Shown piece after piece: positions 48,738-59,441 of a stretch of 64,000 bases of DNA. Within the stretch, counting starts at the first letter, position 1. Each line of letters opens with the position of its first letter. This DNA comes from Candidatus Hydrogenedentota bacterium (GTDB lineage: Bacteria; Hydrogenedentota; Hydrogenedentia; Hydrogenedentales; SLHB01): assembly GCA_963674865.2 (NCBI GenBank), contig CAXXYE010000008.1, positions 64,001 to 128,000 on the forward strand. Direction: 5' to 3'. The position numbers and the translations under genes were made by a program. The notes beneath the pieces are model-generated. The model did not search any database and was not told where the DNA came from. It saw only the letters and a list, made by a program, of their open reading frames with translations.

Positions 48738-49145
48738 ATGTTGATGCCGAAGCGAGTTAAACACCGTAAGCAGCAGCGAGGCCGGCGCGCCGGTGCCAGC
48801 AAAGGCGGCTGCAAAGTGGACTTTGGCGAATACGGAATGAAAGCTATGAACACGGGCTGGCTGACGGCACGTCAGATCGAAGCCGCCCGTATTGCCTTGA
48901 CCCGGCACACACGCCGTGGTGGCAAAGTGTGGATCCGCGTGTTCCCCGACAAGCCGATCACGAAGAAGCCCGCCGAAGTCCGCATGGGCAAAGGCAAGGG
49001 CGCGCCCGAGGAATGGGTGGCCGTGGTGAAGCCGGGTCGGATGGTTTTCGAGATCGAAGGCGTGTCGGAAGAACTTGCGCGGGAAGCCGTGCGTTTGGCC
49101 GGACACAAGCTCCCGCTCACGACCAAGTTCGTTAAGCGGGTATAG
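48738..49145 (+). CDS. rplP: 50S ribosomal protein L16
   Basis: MLMPKR, QIEAAR, RMGKGKG. Confidence 0.97.
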   Translation: MLMPKRVKHRKQQRGRRAGASKGGCKVDFGEYGMKAMNTGWLTARQIEAARIALTRHTRRGGKVWIRVFPDKPITKKPAEVRMGKGKGAPEEWVAVVKPGRMVFEIEGVSEELAREAVRLAGHKLPLTTKFVKRV

Positions 49146-49214
49146 GTGCGACGACGAGGCCCGACACGATGCCGATGGCGTCGGGGCCGAGAGCGTCAGT
49201 GACGGAGATGGAGC

Positions 49215-49424
49215 GTGAAAGCGACAGAACTGCGAGAACTGCGCGATGAAGAGTTGCAGCAGCGCCTGCGCGAGCGAATGGACGACCTTGTGTCCTTTCG
49301 GATGCAGTCGGTGACGGGCACGGTCGACAACGTTCGGGGTGCACGCAACGCCCGGCGCGACATCGCTCGCATCAAAACGATCCTGCGCGAGCGAGCGCTG
49401 GCGGCAGACGGAGGTGCCCAGTAA
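49215..49424 (+). CDS. rpmC: 50S ribosomal protein L29
   Basis: MKATELR...RRDIARIKT. Confidence 0.94.
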   Translation: MKATELRELRDEELQQRLRERMDDLVSFRMQSVTGTVDNVRGARNARRDIARIKTILRERALAADGGAQ

Positions 49425-49426
49425 GC

Positions 49427-49684
49427 ATGCAAGAACGTGGTGCTGCGAAAGAGCGAGTAGGACTCGTGACGAGTTCCGCGATGAATAAGACCATCACGGT
49501 GGCCGTCGAGCGCACGGCGGAGCACGCCCTGTACAAGAAGCCCATCAAGCGCACGAAGAAATTCAAGGCGCATGATGAAGCAAGCGATGCCAACGTGGGC
49601 GATCTGGTCCGCATTCGGGAAACGCGCCCCGTGAGCAAGACGAAACGGTGGCGCCTCGTGGAGATACTCAAGCGGGCGGACTAG
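49427..49684 (+). CDS. rpsQ: 30S ribosomal protein S17
   Basis: [23 protein letters not shown]. Confidence 0.96.
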   Translation: MQERGAAKERVGLVTSSAMNKTITVAVERTAEHALYKKPIKRTKKFKAHDEASDANVGDLVRIRETRPVSKTKRWRLVEILKRAD

Positions 49685-49707
49685 GCCCAGCGTCAAGGAA
49701 GAATGGG

Positions 49708-50076
49708 ATGATCCAGATTTACTCCAATCTCGACGTGGCCGATAATTCCGGCGCTCGACGCATCCGTTGCATCCAGGTAATGGGTGGTTCGAAGCGGCGT
49801 TACGCCAGCGTCGGCGACATCATAACGGCTACGGTTAAGGAGGCCTTGCCCAACTCCGGCGTGAAGAAGGGCGAAGTCGTCAAAGCGGTGGTAGTGCGCA
49901 CCAAGCAGGACACGCAACGCCCCGACGGTACCGTCATTCGCTTCGACTCGAATGCGGCGGTGCTAATCAACCCGGCGAAGGAGCCTCGCGGAACGCGAAT
50001 CTTCGGGCCCGTGCCCCGGGAACTGCGCGAGAAGGGTTTCATGCGCATCGTTTCCCTGGCTCCCGAAGTGGTATAG
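49708..50076 (+). CDS. rplN: 50S ribosomal protein L14
   Basis: [21 protein letters not shown]. Confidence 0.97.
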   Translation: MIQIYSNLDVADNSGARRIRCIQVMGGSKRRYASVGDIITATVKEALPNSGVKKGEVVKAVVVRTKQDTQRPDGTVIRFDSNAAVLINPAKEPRGTRIFGPVPRELREKGFMRIVSLAPEVV

Positions 50077-50077
50077 G

Positions 50078-50401
50078 GTGAGAACGGTGAACATCAAGAA
50101 GAACGATACGGTCGTCGTCATCCAAGGCAAGTATAAGGGCCGCCGAGGCCGTGTACTTCGCGTTTATCCGAAAGACCAACGAGTCTTGGTCGAAGGCGTT
50201 AACATGATGAAACGCCACACGCGGCCCAGCACGACGAGTCAACAGGGCGGCATTGTCGAGAGGGAAGCGCCGATTCACATCTCCAACGTGATGCCGTGGT
50301 GCAGCGCCGCCGAACGCCCATCGAAGATCGTCAGAAAACGCCTTGAGGACGGCACCCGCGTCCGAATGTACAAGGTCAACGGCGAGACCCTGAATGAGTA
50401 G
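50078..50401 (+). CDS. rplX: 50S ribosomal protein L24
   Basis: KOW motif (IKKND.V.VI.GK.KG), EAPIHISNV. Confidence 0.96.
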   Translation: MRTVNIKKNDTVVVIQGKYKGRRGRVLRVYPKDQRVLVEGVNMMKRHTRPSTTSQQGGIVEREAPIHISNVMPWCSAAERPSKIVRKRLEDGTRVRMYKVNGETLNE

Positions 50402-50497
50402 AAGAAGCGACGGGATGAGCCGCCGCTCGAGAGTGGGGTCCGCCGGCGACGGCCTCCGCCCTTTGCAGGGAGGAAGGACTCCTAAGGAAGGTATATC

Positions 50498-51043
50498 GTG
50501 GCGCCGAGACTGAAAGAACACTACCGGAAGAGCATCGTGCCCGAGATGTTGGCGGAGTTTAAGTACGCCAATGTCATGGAAGTTCCCGTGCTCGAGAAGA
50601 TCGTGGTGAACATGGGCGTTGGCGACGGGCAGTCCGACCCGCGCATGATGGACGCGGCCATGGCGGAGCTGGCCCAGATTACCGGCCAGAAGCCGAGTAT
50701 ACGTCGAGCCAGGCGTTCTATCGCGAGCTTCAAGGTTCGAGAGGGCGCGCAGATTGGCTGTATGGTTACGCTGCGCGGCAACCGGATGTACGAGTTCATG
50801 GACCGGCTCTTGAGCATCGCGGTCCCCCGTATCCGCGACTTTCGTGGCCTGCCTCCTCGGAGTTTCGACCGAGCCGGCAACTACACCATAGGACTCCGTG
50901 AACAGCTGATCTTCCCCGAGATTGATATCGATTCTGTCGCGCGAGTCCGCGGAATGAATATCACCTTCGTGATCAAGAACTCGGACTCGACTGACCAGAG
51001 CCGGGAATTACTGCGCAAATTCGGGATGCCGTTCCGGCGTTAG
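50498..51043 (+). CDS. rplE: 50S ribosomal protein L5
   Basis: [31 protein letters not shown]. Confidence 0.97.
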   Translation: MAPRLKEHYRKSIVPEMLAEFKYANVMEVPVLEKIVVNMGVGDGQSDPRMMDAAMAELAQITGQKPSIRRARRSIASFKVREGAQIGCMVTLRGNRMYEFMDRLLSIAVPRIRDFRGLPPRSFDRAGNYTIGLREQLIFPEIDIDSVARVRGMNITFVIKNSDSTDQSRELLRKFGMPFRR

Positions 51044-51080
51044 CCCCGGGCGGCCGCTGCCGGGCAGTGAGGAGAGTGTC

Positions 51081-51266
51081 GTGGCGAAGAAATCGCTTAT
51101 AGCAAAATGCCGACGCCAGCCAAAGTTCAAGGTGCGCACCTATAATCGGTGTCGCATTTGCGGACGGCCGCGCGGCTACATGCGGAAGTTCCAGATTTGC
51201 CGGATTTGTTTCCGGAACTTGGCGCTTGAAGGAAAGCTGCCGGGCGTAACGAAGTCCAGCTGGTAG
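51081..51266 (+). CDS. rpsN: 30S ribosomal protein S14, zinc-binding type (type Z)
   Basis: [22 protein letters not shown]; 61 aa. Confidence 0.96.
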   Translation: MAKKSLIAKCRRQPKFKVRTYNRCRICGRPRGYMRKFQICRICFRNLALEGKLPGVTKSSW

Positions 51267-51285
51267 CGGCAGAGGAAGACCAACG

Positions 51286-51684
51286 ATGGCGATGAACGAT
51301 CCCATTGCGGACATGTTGACGCGTCTCAGAAATACCCTTAGCGCAGGCCACGCGACCGTCAAGGTCCCTGCCTCGCGCGTCAAGACGGACATCTGCAAAG
51401 TCCTGAAACAGGAAGGTTATATCCAGGACTTTTCGCTCGAGGAGGCCGGGACTCGTGGCGTGCTGCACGTCACGCTCAAGTATGCTCCCGACCGCTCCTC
51501 CGTGATCAGCGGATTACGGCGAGTGAGCAAGCCCAGTCTCCGCGTGTACGTGCGCAGTGGAGAGATCAGGCCTGTTCAGAGCGGCCTGGGTATTTCCGTT
51601 GTAAGCACGTCGCAAGGCGTCATGACGGGCAAGCAGGCCCGTCAGGCCAAGATAGGCGGCGAGGTGCTCTGTGAAGTCTGGTAG
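51286..51684 (+). CDS. rpsH: 30S ribosomal protein S8
   Basis: DPIADMLTR, SKPSLRVY, STSQG, GGEVLC. Confidence 0.97.
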   Translation: MAMNDPIADMLTRLRNTLSAGHATVKVPASRVKTDICKVLKQEGYIQDFSLEEAGTRGVLHVTLKYAPDRSSVISGLRRVSKPSLRVYVRSGEIRPVQSGLGISVVSTSQGVMTGKQARQAKIGGEVLCEVW

Positions 51685-51714
51685 CCGGAGCTTTCCGCGA
51701 AAGGAAGATGAACG

Positions 51715-52254
51715 GTGTCTCGAATAGGCAGAATGCCGGTTCCCCTCCCAGCAGGGGTGAAATGTGAGTTGTCCGGAACAACGCTGACGGTCAAAGGCCC
51801 GAAAGGCGCATTGACACGCGACCTTTCTCCGGCCATGACGATTGCCCTCGAGGACAGCCAAGTGGTGGTTACGCGCCCGAGCGACCGGCCCGATCACCGG
51901 GCACTTCATGGCCTGACACGGGCCCTGATTAACAACATGGTCCTCGGCGTGACCGAGGGATTTGAGCGTGTGCTTGAGATCCAGGGCGTCGGGTACCGTG
52001 CCTCCCTGCAGGGCAAGGCTCTCAACCTGATGCTTGGACTGAGCCATCCCCTCGTCATTGAGCCGCCCGAGGGCATCACGTTTGCGGTCGAGGGCACGCA
52101 GGTCATCAAGATCCAAGGCATCGATAAGGAACTTGTGGGGCAGACTGCGGCCGATGTCCGCGCGTGGCGTCCGCCGGAACCCTACAAAGGCAAAGGAATC
52201 CGATACCGAGATGAGTATGTCCGCCGCAAAGTCGGCAAGGCCGGTGTGAAGTAA
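51715..52254 (+). CDS. rplF: 50S ribosomal protein L6
   Basis: MSRIGR, GVGYRA, PEPYKGKG. Confidence 0.97.
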   Translation: MSRIGRMPVPLPAGVKCELSGTTLTVKGPKGALTRDLSPAMTIALEDSQVVVTRPSDRPDHRALHGLTRALINNMVLGVTEGFERVLEIQGVGYRASLQGKALNLMLGLSHPLVIEPPEGITFAVEGTQVIKIQGIDKELVGQTAADVRAWRPPEPYKGKGIRYRDEYVRRKVGKAGVK

Positions 52255-52316
52255 TTACGCCTTCCTGCTATGTTTTGCGGTGAGTAACGCAACTGCTTGC
52301 GCAAGGAAAGACATCC

Positions 52317-52670
52317 ATGGCCAATAGCAACTACAAGACGCGGATGCTGGCCCGGCGCCGACTGCGCGTCCGGAAGAAGATCACGGGCGATGCCGGGCGA
52401 CCTCGCCTGTCGGTGTACCGGTCGCTCCGGCACATATATGCCCAGATCATTGATGATTCGTCCGGCCAAACGCTCGCAGCCACGTCGTCCTTGGCCCTCA
52501 AGATTTCCGGCAGCAACATGGCGGCGGCGCGATCCGTTGGACAGGCGCTTGCTGAACAGGCCAAGGCCAAGTCGATTGGCCGTGTGCGGTTTGATCGCGC
52601 CGGACGGCTTTTCCATGGGCGCGTGAAGGCGCTTGCGGATGCGGCCCGCGAAGGCGGACTCGAATTCTAG
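52317..52670 (+). CDS. rplR: 50S ribosomal protein L18
   Basis: [24 protein letters not shown]. Confidence 0.96.
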   Translation: MANSNYKTRMLARRRLRVRKKITGDAGRPRLSVYRSLRHIYAQIIDDSSGQTLAATSSLALKISGSNMAAARSVGQALAEQAKAKSIGRVRFDRAGRLFHGRVKALADAAREGGLEF

Positions 52671-52706
52671 TTACATGGCCCAAGTGGCCCCCGGAGGAGA
52701 CACGGT

Positions 52707-53243
52707 TTGAGCACAGTCGGTACGAGACGGGATAGCCGAGGCGACAGTCGTTCCCGAGACCAGGAAGAGAACAGCTTCATCGAACACGTGGTAAAGATCT
52801 ACCGCGTGGCGAAGGTTGTTAAGGGCGGCCGCCGCTTCAACTTCAGCGCCGTGGTCGTCGTCGGCGACGGCGAAGGCAAGGTTGGCGCGGCCATGGGCAA
52901 GGCCGCCGAAGTGCCCGAAGCCATTCGCAAGGGCATCGAGAAGGCCCGGAAAACCATGAAACCCGTGCCTATCGTCAGCACGACCATTCCGCACGAGATC
53001 GTTGGCCGTGCCGATGCGGCCTCCGTCTTGCTCAAGCCCGCCTCATTGGGTACGGGTATTGTAGCGGGCGGCCCAGTGCGCGCCGTGCTCGAAGCCGCGG
53101 GATATCAGAACGTGCTGACGAAGTCCCTCGGGTCCAATAATGCCACCAATGTGGTATGGGCCACTTTGGAGGGCCTGCGTCGCCTGAAGACCGCGGAAGA
53201 AATTGCGTCCCTACGTGGACGCGAAGTCAGCGAAGTGTTGTAG
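52707..53243 (+). CDS. rpsE: 30S ribosomal protein S5
   Basis: [28 protein letters not shown] start after GGAGGA. Confidence 0.97.
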   Translation: MSTVGTRRDSRGDSRSRDQEENSFIEHVVKIYRVAKVVKGGRRFNFSAVVVVGDGEGKVGAAMGKAAEVPEAIRKGIEKARKTMKPVPIVSTTIPHEIVGRADAASVLLKPASLGTGIVAGGPVRAVLEAAGYQNVLTKSLGSNNATNVVWATLEGLRRLKTAEEIASLRGREVSEVL

Positions 53244-53296
53244 TGGCCGGACGCGGCGCAGTCGCCGCGACCGAGACGAGTAAGGAATGGTTCAGG

Positions 53297-53791
53297 ATGG
53301 ATTCAAGCACGCTTAAGGCGGCACCCGGCGCTCATAAGGCGCGCAGGCGCGTCGGCCGGGGCCCGGGTTCCGGCTCCGGCAAGACCTCCGGCCGTGGTCA
53401 CAAGGGCCAGAAATCCCGCTCCGGTTACTCCCGGAGGGGCGGATTCGAAGGGGGGCAGATGCCCCTGCATCGGCGCCTGCCGAAGCGCGGCTTCAAACAT
53501 CAGGACCGCTTCCCTTGCGCGGTCGTCAACCTGGACGCCCTCGACCAGGCCTTTGAGGCCGGTCAGGAGGTCACGCCGGAAGCTGTGTTGCGCGCCGGTC
53601 TTGTCAAGGCACGCAAAGGAGGCGTGAAGGTCCTCGGGCGAGGCGAAGTCACGAAGGGACTGACGGTCCGTGTGAACTGTGTCAGTGCGTCCGCCCGCGC
53701 AAAGATCGAGGCTGCCGGTGGGCGTGTCGAACTGATTGCCCCCCCCGAGGCGGCCGCGGGCAAGAAGAGCAGGTCCGGAGAGGAGCGATAG
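53297..53791 (+). CDS. rplO: 50S ribosomal protein L15
   Basis: [37 protein letters not shown]. Confidence 0.96.
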   Translation: MDSSTLKAAPGAHKARRRVGRGPGSGSGKTSGRGHKGQKSRSGYSRRGGFEGGQMPLHRRLPKRGFKHQDRFPCAVVNLDALDQAFEAGQEVTPEAVLRAGLVKARKGGVKVLGRGEVTKGLTVRVNCVSASARAKIEAAGGRVELIAPPEAAAGKKSRSGEER

Positions 53792-55126
53792 GTGTCGCAG
53801 CCCGTCGAAGCATTTCGTAACGCCTTCAAGATTCCGGAACTCCGCCAGCGGATTCTGTTCACGCTCGGGATCTTGGCTGTGTACCGGTTGGGCACCTTTG
53901 TGGCCACGCCGGGTGTGAACGGCCATGCCCTTCTCGAGGGTACCGGGACTATGGGCGGCTTCCTGGGTTTGTACGACCTCTTCTCCGGTGGTGGACTCAG
54001 GCGTGCCACCGTTTTTGCCTTGGGCATCATGCCGTACATCACGGCATCGATTATCATGTCCCTACTGACGGCGGTCATTCCCTCTCTCGAGAAGCTTGCC
54101 AAAGAAGGGCGCGAAGGCCAGAAGAAAATCACGGAATACACTCGCTACGGGACGGTTGCCCTTTGCGTATTTCAATCGATCGGCATCGCCCTCATGCTCC
54201 AGAACTCGAGCGCCAATTCCCCTTCGCCGTTCGTGATGAATCCAGGTATCGGATTCATCCTGATGTGCATTATCTCGTTTACGACCGGTACGGCCTTCAT
54301 CATGTGGCTCGGCGAACAGATAAGCGAGTATGGCGTCGGCAACGGTATGTCCTTGATCATCTTCGTCAGCATCGTTTCGCGGATGCCCAGCGCGATCAAT
54401 CGCCTTATCCGCTACGTCGGGGCCCACGAGTATAACGTTATGCAGGTGGGCGTCCTCCTTATCCTGTTGGTGGTGGTTGTCGCGGGCGCGATTCTTGTTA
54501 CCACGGGCCAGCGCCGAGTCCCCGTGCAGTACCCCCGTCAGGTTAAGGGTCGGAAGATGTACGGCGGGCAACGCAACTACTTTCCCCTGCGGGTGAATCA
54601 AGCCGGCGTGATTCCCATCATCTTTGCCCAGTCTTTGTTGATGCTTCCCGTGATGCTTGGAGAGGCCGTGAAGCATCCCTTGGCTCAGATTATATTTGTT
54701 GACCTGTTCGGTTATGGTAGGCCGCTCAACTACGTGGCCTTGGTCGGTTTGATTGTGTTCTTCACCTATTTCTACACGGCCATCACGTTCAACCCGATCC
54801 AGATTGCCGACGATATGAAGAAGTACGGTGGTGTGATTATGGGTGTGCGGCCCGGCAAAGCGACGGCCGATTACCTGAACAAAGTCATGACGCGCATTAC
54901 CCTTGTGGGCGCCGCGTTCTTGGCGTTGGTTGCCTTGCTGCCGGCGCTCGTCAATGTCTCTCTCAATATCGGCGACCAGTTGATAACGAGCTTCTTCGGC
55001 GGAACGAGCCTGCTGATTCTCGTTGGCGTGGCGCTCGATACCGTCAGGCAGATCGAGCAGCACCTGATCATGCACCACTATGACGGTTTTGCGAAGGGCC
55101 GGCGCATCCGGTCGAGAAGGCGCTAG
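53792..55126 (+). CDS. secY: Preprotein translocase subunit SecY
   Basis: LGIMPYITASII, WLGEQI, GNGMSL, GVIPIIFA, GGTSLLI. Confidence 0.98.
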   Translation: MSQPVEAFRNAFKIPELRQRILFTLGILAVYRLGTFVATPGVNGHALLEGTGTMGGFLGLYDLFSGGGLRRATVFALGIMPYITASIIMSLLTAVIPSLEKLAKEGREGQKKITEYTRYGTVALCVFQSIGIALMLQNSSANSPSPFVMNPGIGFILMCIISFTTGTAFIMWLGEQISEYGVGNGMSLIIFVSIVSRMPSAINRLIRYVGAHEYNVMQVGVLLILLVVVVAGAILVTTGQRRVPVQYPRQVKGRKMYGGQRNYFPLRVNQAGVIPIIFAQSLLMLPVMLGEAVKHPLAQIIFVDLFGYGRPLNYVALVGLIVFFTYFYTAITFNPIQIADDMKKYGGVIMGVRPGKATADYLNKVMTRITLVGAAFLALVALLPALVNVSLNIGDQLITSFFGGTSLLILVGVALDTVRQIEQHLIMHHYDGFAKGRRIRSRRR

Positions 55127-55130
55127 AGCC

Positions 55131-55811
55131 ATGGCCATGGATTTAAGGATCGTATTGCTCGGAGCGCCCGGAGCGGGCAAAGGTACCCAAGCTCAGCGCA
55201 TCGCTGAGGCGAAGGGCCTGCCTCATATCTCCACGGGAGACATCTTCCGTGCACACCTGCGCGATGGCACCGACCTTGGCAAGCAAGTACAAGCCTTCAT
55301 GGCTGAAGGCAAGTTGGTGCCGGACGAGCTAACGTGCGATATCGTGGCGCAGCGCCTGGGCGAAACGGACTGTTCGCACGGGTATATCCTCGACGGATTC
55401 CCCCGCTCGGTACCGCAAGCCGAGAATCTCGAGCGGCTTCTGACCGCCCAAGGCGACCGTATTGACATTGCCGTCAGCATTGATGTGGACGACGATGCCA
55501 TCGTCGAGCGGCTTTCGGCGAGGCGTTCATGCCCCAAGTGCGGCGCCATCTACAACCTGCGTTTCAGCCCGCCCAAGCAAGACAACGTCTGCGACCGCCC
55601 CGAGTGTGGCGGCGCGGAACTCGTGCAGCGGGAAGACGACCAAGAAGACACTATCCGCGAGCGGCTGAGGGTATATCATGAGACAACCGAGCCCATTGTT
55701 GCGTTCTATGACGAGCGCGGGCTGTTGAGCACGGTTGCCGCGACACCTCTCTCGCCCGAGGAGGTCTTCAAAGAAATTGAATCGATCCTTGCCCGGACGG
55801 TAGGGGCTTGA
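55131..55811 (+). CDS. adk: Adenylate kinase (zinc-binding LID)
   Basis: GAPGAGKGT, LDGFPR, CPKC...CDRPEC lid, QREDD; alternative start 55137. Confidence 0.96.
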   Translation: MAMDLRIVLLGAPGAGKGTQAQRIAEAKGLPHISTGDIFRAHLRDGTDLGKQVQAFMAEGKLVPDELTCDIVAQRLGETDCSHGYILDGFPRSVPQAENLERLLTAQGDRIDIAVSIDVDDDAIVERLSARRSCPKCGAIYNLRFSPPKQDNVCDRPECGGAELVQREDDQEDTIRERLRVYHETTEPIVAFYDERGLLSTVAATPLSPEEVFKEIESILARTVGA

Positions 55812-56599
55812 GCCTCTTGATTGCTCTCCGCAGCGAGCGCGAGATCAGTCTCCTGCGTGACGCGAACCGGATCGTTGCGGATGTTCTCGCCGCTTTGGCC
55901 GACGAGGTCAAGCCGGGCATTACGACAGGCGAATTGGACCGTCGCGCCGAAGCGATGATCCGTGCCGCAGGAGCCATACCGTCGTTTCTTGGATACAACG
56001 GCTACCCGAACGCGACGTGCATCTCCGTTGAGGAGGTGATCGTGCACGGTATTCCCGGCGATCGCCTTCTTAAGGAAGGTGAAATCGTCAGTATTGACGT
56101 TGGCACTCGCTATATGGGTTATATGGGCGACGCGGCGCTCTCCGTGCCGTGCGGCGTCGTGGACGAGGAACGGCGCCGGTTGCTTGCGGCAACGGAGCAG
56201 GCTTTGGCCAATGCGATCAGCGTTGCCCGAGCCGGCAATTACTTGGAGGAGGTCTCACGCGCGGTTCAGGAGACGAGCGAGGCCGCTGGTTTCTCGGTCG
56301 TACGCGCGTTTGTGGGCCACGGGATTGGAACGGCCATGCATGAGGAGCCGCAGATTCCCAATTTCGTCAGCGGCGATCGTGGGCCCCTGTTAAGGGCCGG
56401 CATGGTATTGGCGATTGAGCCGATGGTGAACGCTGGTGTAACCGACGTGAAGGTGATGGATGACGGCTGGACGGCCGTCACGGCGGACGGGCGCCCCAGT
56501 GCGCACTTTGAACATAGCATCGTTGTCGGCGAGGACAGTGCCGAAGTGTTATCCTCCACGCCAAAGCGGCGTTGGGGGCAATGTCCGGACAAACAGTGA
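55808..56599 (+). CDS. map: Methionine aminopeptidase type I
   Basis: VHGIP, SIDVG, GHGIG..MHEEP, AIEPM, SAHFEH; alternative start TTG 55817. Confidence 0.96.
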   Translation: MSLLIALRSEREISLLRDANRIVADVLAALADEVKPGITTGELDRRAEAMIRAAGAIPSFLGYNGYPNATCISVEEVIVHGIPGDRLLKEGEIVSIDVGTRYMGYMGDAALSVPCGVVDEERRRLLAATEQALANAISVARAGNYLEEVSRAVQETSEAAGFSVVRAFVGHGIGTAMHEEPQIPNFVSGDRGPLLRAGMVLAIEPMVNAGVTDVKVMDDGWTAVTADGRPSAHFEHSIVVGEDSAEVLSSTPKRRWGQCPDKQ

Positions 56600-56606
56600 C
56601 GAGAGT

Positions 56607-56825
56607 ATGCAGAAAGAGGAAGCCATAGAAGTCGAAGGTACGGTGGTTGACCCGTTGCCCAATGCGATGTTTCGCGTTGAGTTGAAGAACGGCCACACCG
56701 TGTTGGCCCATATTTCCGGGAAGATGCGGATGAACTTCATTCGCATTCTCCCGGGCGACCGCGTCAAGCTGGAGATGTCGCCTTACGATCTGACGCGGGG
56801 GCGCATTACGTACAGGTATAAGTAG
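56607..56825 (+). CDS. infA: Translation initiation factor IF-1
   Basis: [31 protein letters not shown]. Confidence 0.97.
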   Translation: MQKEEAIEVEGTVVDPLPNAMFRVELKNGHTVLAHISGKMRMNFIRILPGDRVKLEMSPYDLTRGRITYRYK

Positions 56826-56930
56826 GCGGTTGGTCGGTGACAATGTAGCCCGACCTAAGGCCGCCCCTGCGTGTGCCCCGGGCCGGTGTTGTGGCAGGCA
56901 GTGTACTGACGGTTTGGCGTGGAGCGAGAC

Positions 56931-57044
56931 ATGAAAGTACGAAGTTCAGTTAAGAAGATGTGTGAAAAGTGCAAGATCATTACGCGCCACGGGCGCGTTC
57001 GCGTGATCTGCACCAACCCGAAACACAAGCAGCGGCAAGGCTGA
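56931..57044 (+). CDS. rpmJ: 50S ribosomal protein L36 (not in the ORF track)
   Basis: Translated by hand: [37 protein letters not shown]. Confidence 0.96.
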   Translation: MKVRSSVKKMCEKCKIITRHGRVRVICTNPKHKQRQG

Positions 57045-57063
57045 AACTGGGAGAACGAGCGGC

Positions 57064-57426
57064 ATGGCACGTGTAGTCGGCGTAGACCTTCCCCGCACAA
57101 AACGCGTGGAAGCTGGTCTGCAGGCAATTCATGGAATTGGGCCGACCCGAGCGAAGGAAGTCCTTGCGCAAGCGGGTATCGACCCCAACATACGCGTCCG
57201 CGACCTAACGGACGAAGAAGTGAGCCGCCTTTCCTCGGTAGTTCAGTCGTATAAAGTCGAGGGCGACTTGCGCCGTGAGGTTACGGCCAACATCAAGCGT
57301 CTGATGGACATCAACGCTTATCGTGGGCTGCGTCACAAGCGTGGCCTGCCCGTCCGTGGCCAACGTACCCACACTAATGGCCGCACGCGGAAGGGCCCGC
57401 GGCGCACCACCGTCAAGAAGAAGTAG
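57064..57426 (+). CDS. rpsM: 30S ribosomal protein S13
   Basis: [27 protein letters not shown]. Confidence 0.97.
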   Translation: MARVVGVDLPRTKRVEAGLQAIHGIGPTRAKEVLAQAGIDPNIRVRDLTDEEVSRLSSVVQSYKVEGDLRREVTANIKRLMDINAYRGLRHKRGLPVRGQRTHTNGRTRKGPRRTTVKKK

Positions 57427-57439
57427 GAGGATACGCCAA

Positions 57440-57838
57440 GTGGCCAAGGAAAAACGGAAGTCCAAGGGCAAGAAGCGCCGCGGCACCCTGAATGTCACGT
57501 CGGGCGTAGCCCATATCCAGGCGACCTTCAACAACACGATCATTTCTATCTCCGATTCACGGGGAAACGTGGTCGCTTGGTCCAGCGCCGGCCAAGTCGG
57601 ATTTTCAGGCTCACGGAAGAGCACGGCATTCGCGGCGCAGTTGGCCTCCGAGGCCGCGTCACGAAAAGCCATGGAAATGGGCATGAAAGACGTGAAGGTC
57701 TTTGTGAATGGGCCAGGGGCCGGGCGTGAGTCGGCCATTCGCGCGATTCAGGCGGCGGGACTCGAAGTTACGTTGATCCGGGACGTTACCCGGATCCCCC
57801 ATAATGGGTGCCGGCCACGTAAGCGGCGGCGAGTGTAA
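57440..57838 (+). CDS. rpsK: 30S ribosomal protein S11
   Basis: [25 protein letters not shown] start after AGGAGG. Confidence 0.97.
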   Translation: MAKEKRKSKGKKRRGTLNVTSGVAHIQATFNNTIISISDSRGNVVAWSSAGQVGFSGSRKSTAFAAQLASEAASRKAMEMGMKDVKVFVNGPGAGRESAIRAIQAAGLEVTLIRDVTRIPHNGCRPRKRRRV

Positions 57839-57934
57839 GCGTGTAGATGATGTACGCTCCGACTATGTATAAGCCGGGGTGTTGTCGAGGCGCCGGGGTG
57901 ACTTCAAGGCCGTAATGTCGAAAGGCTCGAATTC

Positions 57935-58951
57935 ATGATTGCAAAAGAATTTGTAGTTCCCAAGTGGGTCAAGGTTGAGGATGACTCGACGGACCGCTAT
58001 GCCCGTTTTGTAGTGGAACCCTTCGAGCGCGGCTATGGCACCACCATAGGGAACTCGCTTCGGCGCGTTCTCCTGGCGTCGCTCGAAGGCTCCTGCGTGA
58101 CCGCCATACGAATCGAGGGCGTGCAGCATGAGTTCTCCGCTATTCCAGGCGTTCGCCAAGACGTGACGGATGTTGTCCTGACCCTTAAGAAGGCCCAGAT
58201 TCGTCTCAACAGGGACGAGCCCCTGATCTTCTCCTACGTCTTCAAAGGGCAAGGTGACGTCACCTTGGGTGATATCTTCAAAGAGCAAGATGTTGATGTT
58301 TTCAACCCGGATCTTGTCGTGTTCTCCGTTACCGGGAAGTCCGCCAAGATCGAGATGGAGATCAAGGTGGCCAAGGGACGCGGCTACATGACCGCGGAAC
58401 AGTTCGAACTCGAACACGCTCCCTTGGGAACCGTTTACCTTGACGCGAACTTTTCACCTGTTACACGCGTGAACTTCCTGGTCGAAGATGCCCGTGTCGG
58501 GCAGACCACCGACTACGACCGGCTCCTCCTCGACGTATGGACCAACGGCTCCATCACGCCCGAGCTGGCTGTCCAGGAGGCCGCGCAACTGATCATTGGC
58601 CATCTGAAGATCTTTGTGCAGCAGGAGCAGGAAGCGGAAGAGGACGCCGGCCGCGGCGGTGCCGAGGATCCCGAGCTGGCGAGAAAGCTCTCTCGGCCCG
58701 TTGAGGAACTCGAATTGAGTGTGCGCGCTGCGAACTGCCTCAAGGCGGCGAATATCCGAGTTATTCGCGACCTTGTCGTTCGCACCGAGCCCGAGATGCT
58801 CCAGTTCCACAACTTCGGCAAGAAATCGCTCGACGAGATCAAGTCGATTCTGGCCTCTTTGGGATTGTCCCTGGGCATGGAGCTGGGCGTCGACCGAGAC
58901 GAGGAAGATGCGGCGCCTCCGAAGAACGTCGCCAAAGACGAAGAAGAGTAA
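57935..58951 (+). CDS. rpoA: RNA polymerase subunit alpha
   Basis: [48 protein letters not shown]. Confidence 0.98.
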   Translation: MIAKEFVVPKWVKVEDDSTDRYARFVVEPFERGYGTTIGNSLRRVLLASLEGSCVTAIRIEGVQHEFSAIPGVRQDVTDVVLTLKKAQIRLNRDEPLIFSYVFKGQGDVTLGDIFKEQDVDVFNPDLVVFSVTGKSAKIEMEIKVAKGRGYMTAEQFELEHAPLGTVYLDANFSPVTRVNFLVEDARVGQTTDYDRLLLDVWTNGSITPELAVQEAAQLIIGHLKIFVQQEQEAEEDAGRGGAEDPELARKLSRPVEELELSVRAANCLKAANIRVIRDLVVRTEPEMLQFHNFGKKSLDEIKSILASLGLSLGMELGVDRDEEDAAPPKNVAKDEEE

Positions 58952-58971
58952 TCGAAGAAGGAAATCAGATC

Positions 58972-59349
58972 ATGAGGCACCGGAAATCAGGCAGACGGCT
59001 GGGGCGAACCACCTCCCACCGCAAGGCGACCATGAAGAATCTCGCCTTGGCCCTGTTCAAGCATCACGCCATTCGAACCACCGTGGCGAAGTCGAAGGAG
59101 CTGCGTGTCTTTGCCGAGCCCCTGATTACCTTGGCCAAGACCGACACGGTAGCCAATCGACGCAGAGCCTTCGCGGCCCTACGCGACGATGCCGTGGTCG
59201 CCAAGCTCTTCACGGAGATCGGCCCTGCTTTTGCTGAGCGCCCAGGCGGCTACACGCGCATCCTTCGGCTGGGCAACCGCCTTGGCGATGCGTCGCCCAT
59301 GGCGCGGATGGAGTTAGTCGACCTCGGGGAGTACAAAGAGGAAGACTAG
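58972..59349 (+). CDS. rplQ: 50S ribosomal protein L17
   Basis: [19 protein letters not shown]. Confidence 0.97.
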   Translation: MRHRKSGRRLGRTTSHRKATMKNLALALFKHHAIRTTVAKSKELRVFAEPLITLAKTDTVANRRRAFAALRDDAVVAKLFTEIGPAFAERPGGYTRILRLGNRLGDASPMARMELVDLGEYKEED

Positions 59350-59370
59350 GCTCACCAAACTAGAAACGAT

Positions 59371-59404
59371 AAGCGCCACTCCCGGCGAGGGAGTGGCGCT
59401 TTTT
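59371..59404 (+). terminator. Rho-independent terminator of the ribosomal superoperon
   Basis: AAGCGCCACTCCC-GGCGA-GGGAGTGGCGCTT perfect stem followed by Ts. Confidence 0.85.
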
Positions 59405-59441
59405 CGATCAGTTGAGGCGGTCTCAGGTCTTCCTTCGTTGC

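Noticed and set aside
49146..49214. Hairpin in the rplP-rpmC spacer
   Set aside because: A single bulged GC stem, compatible with chance at this GC content.
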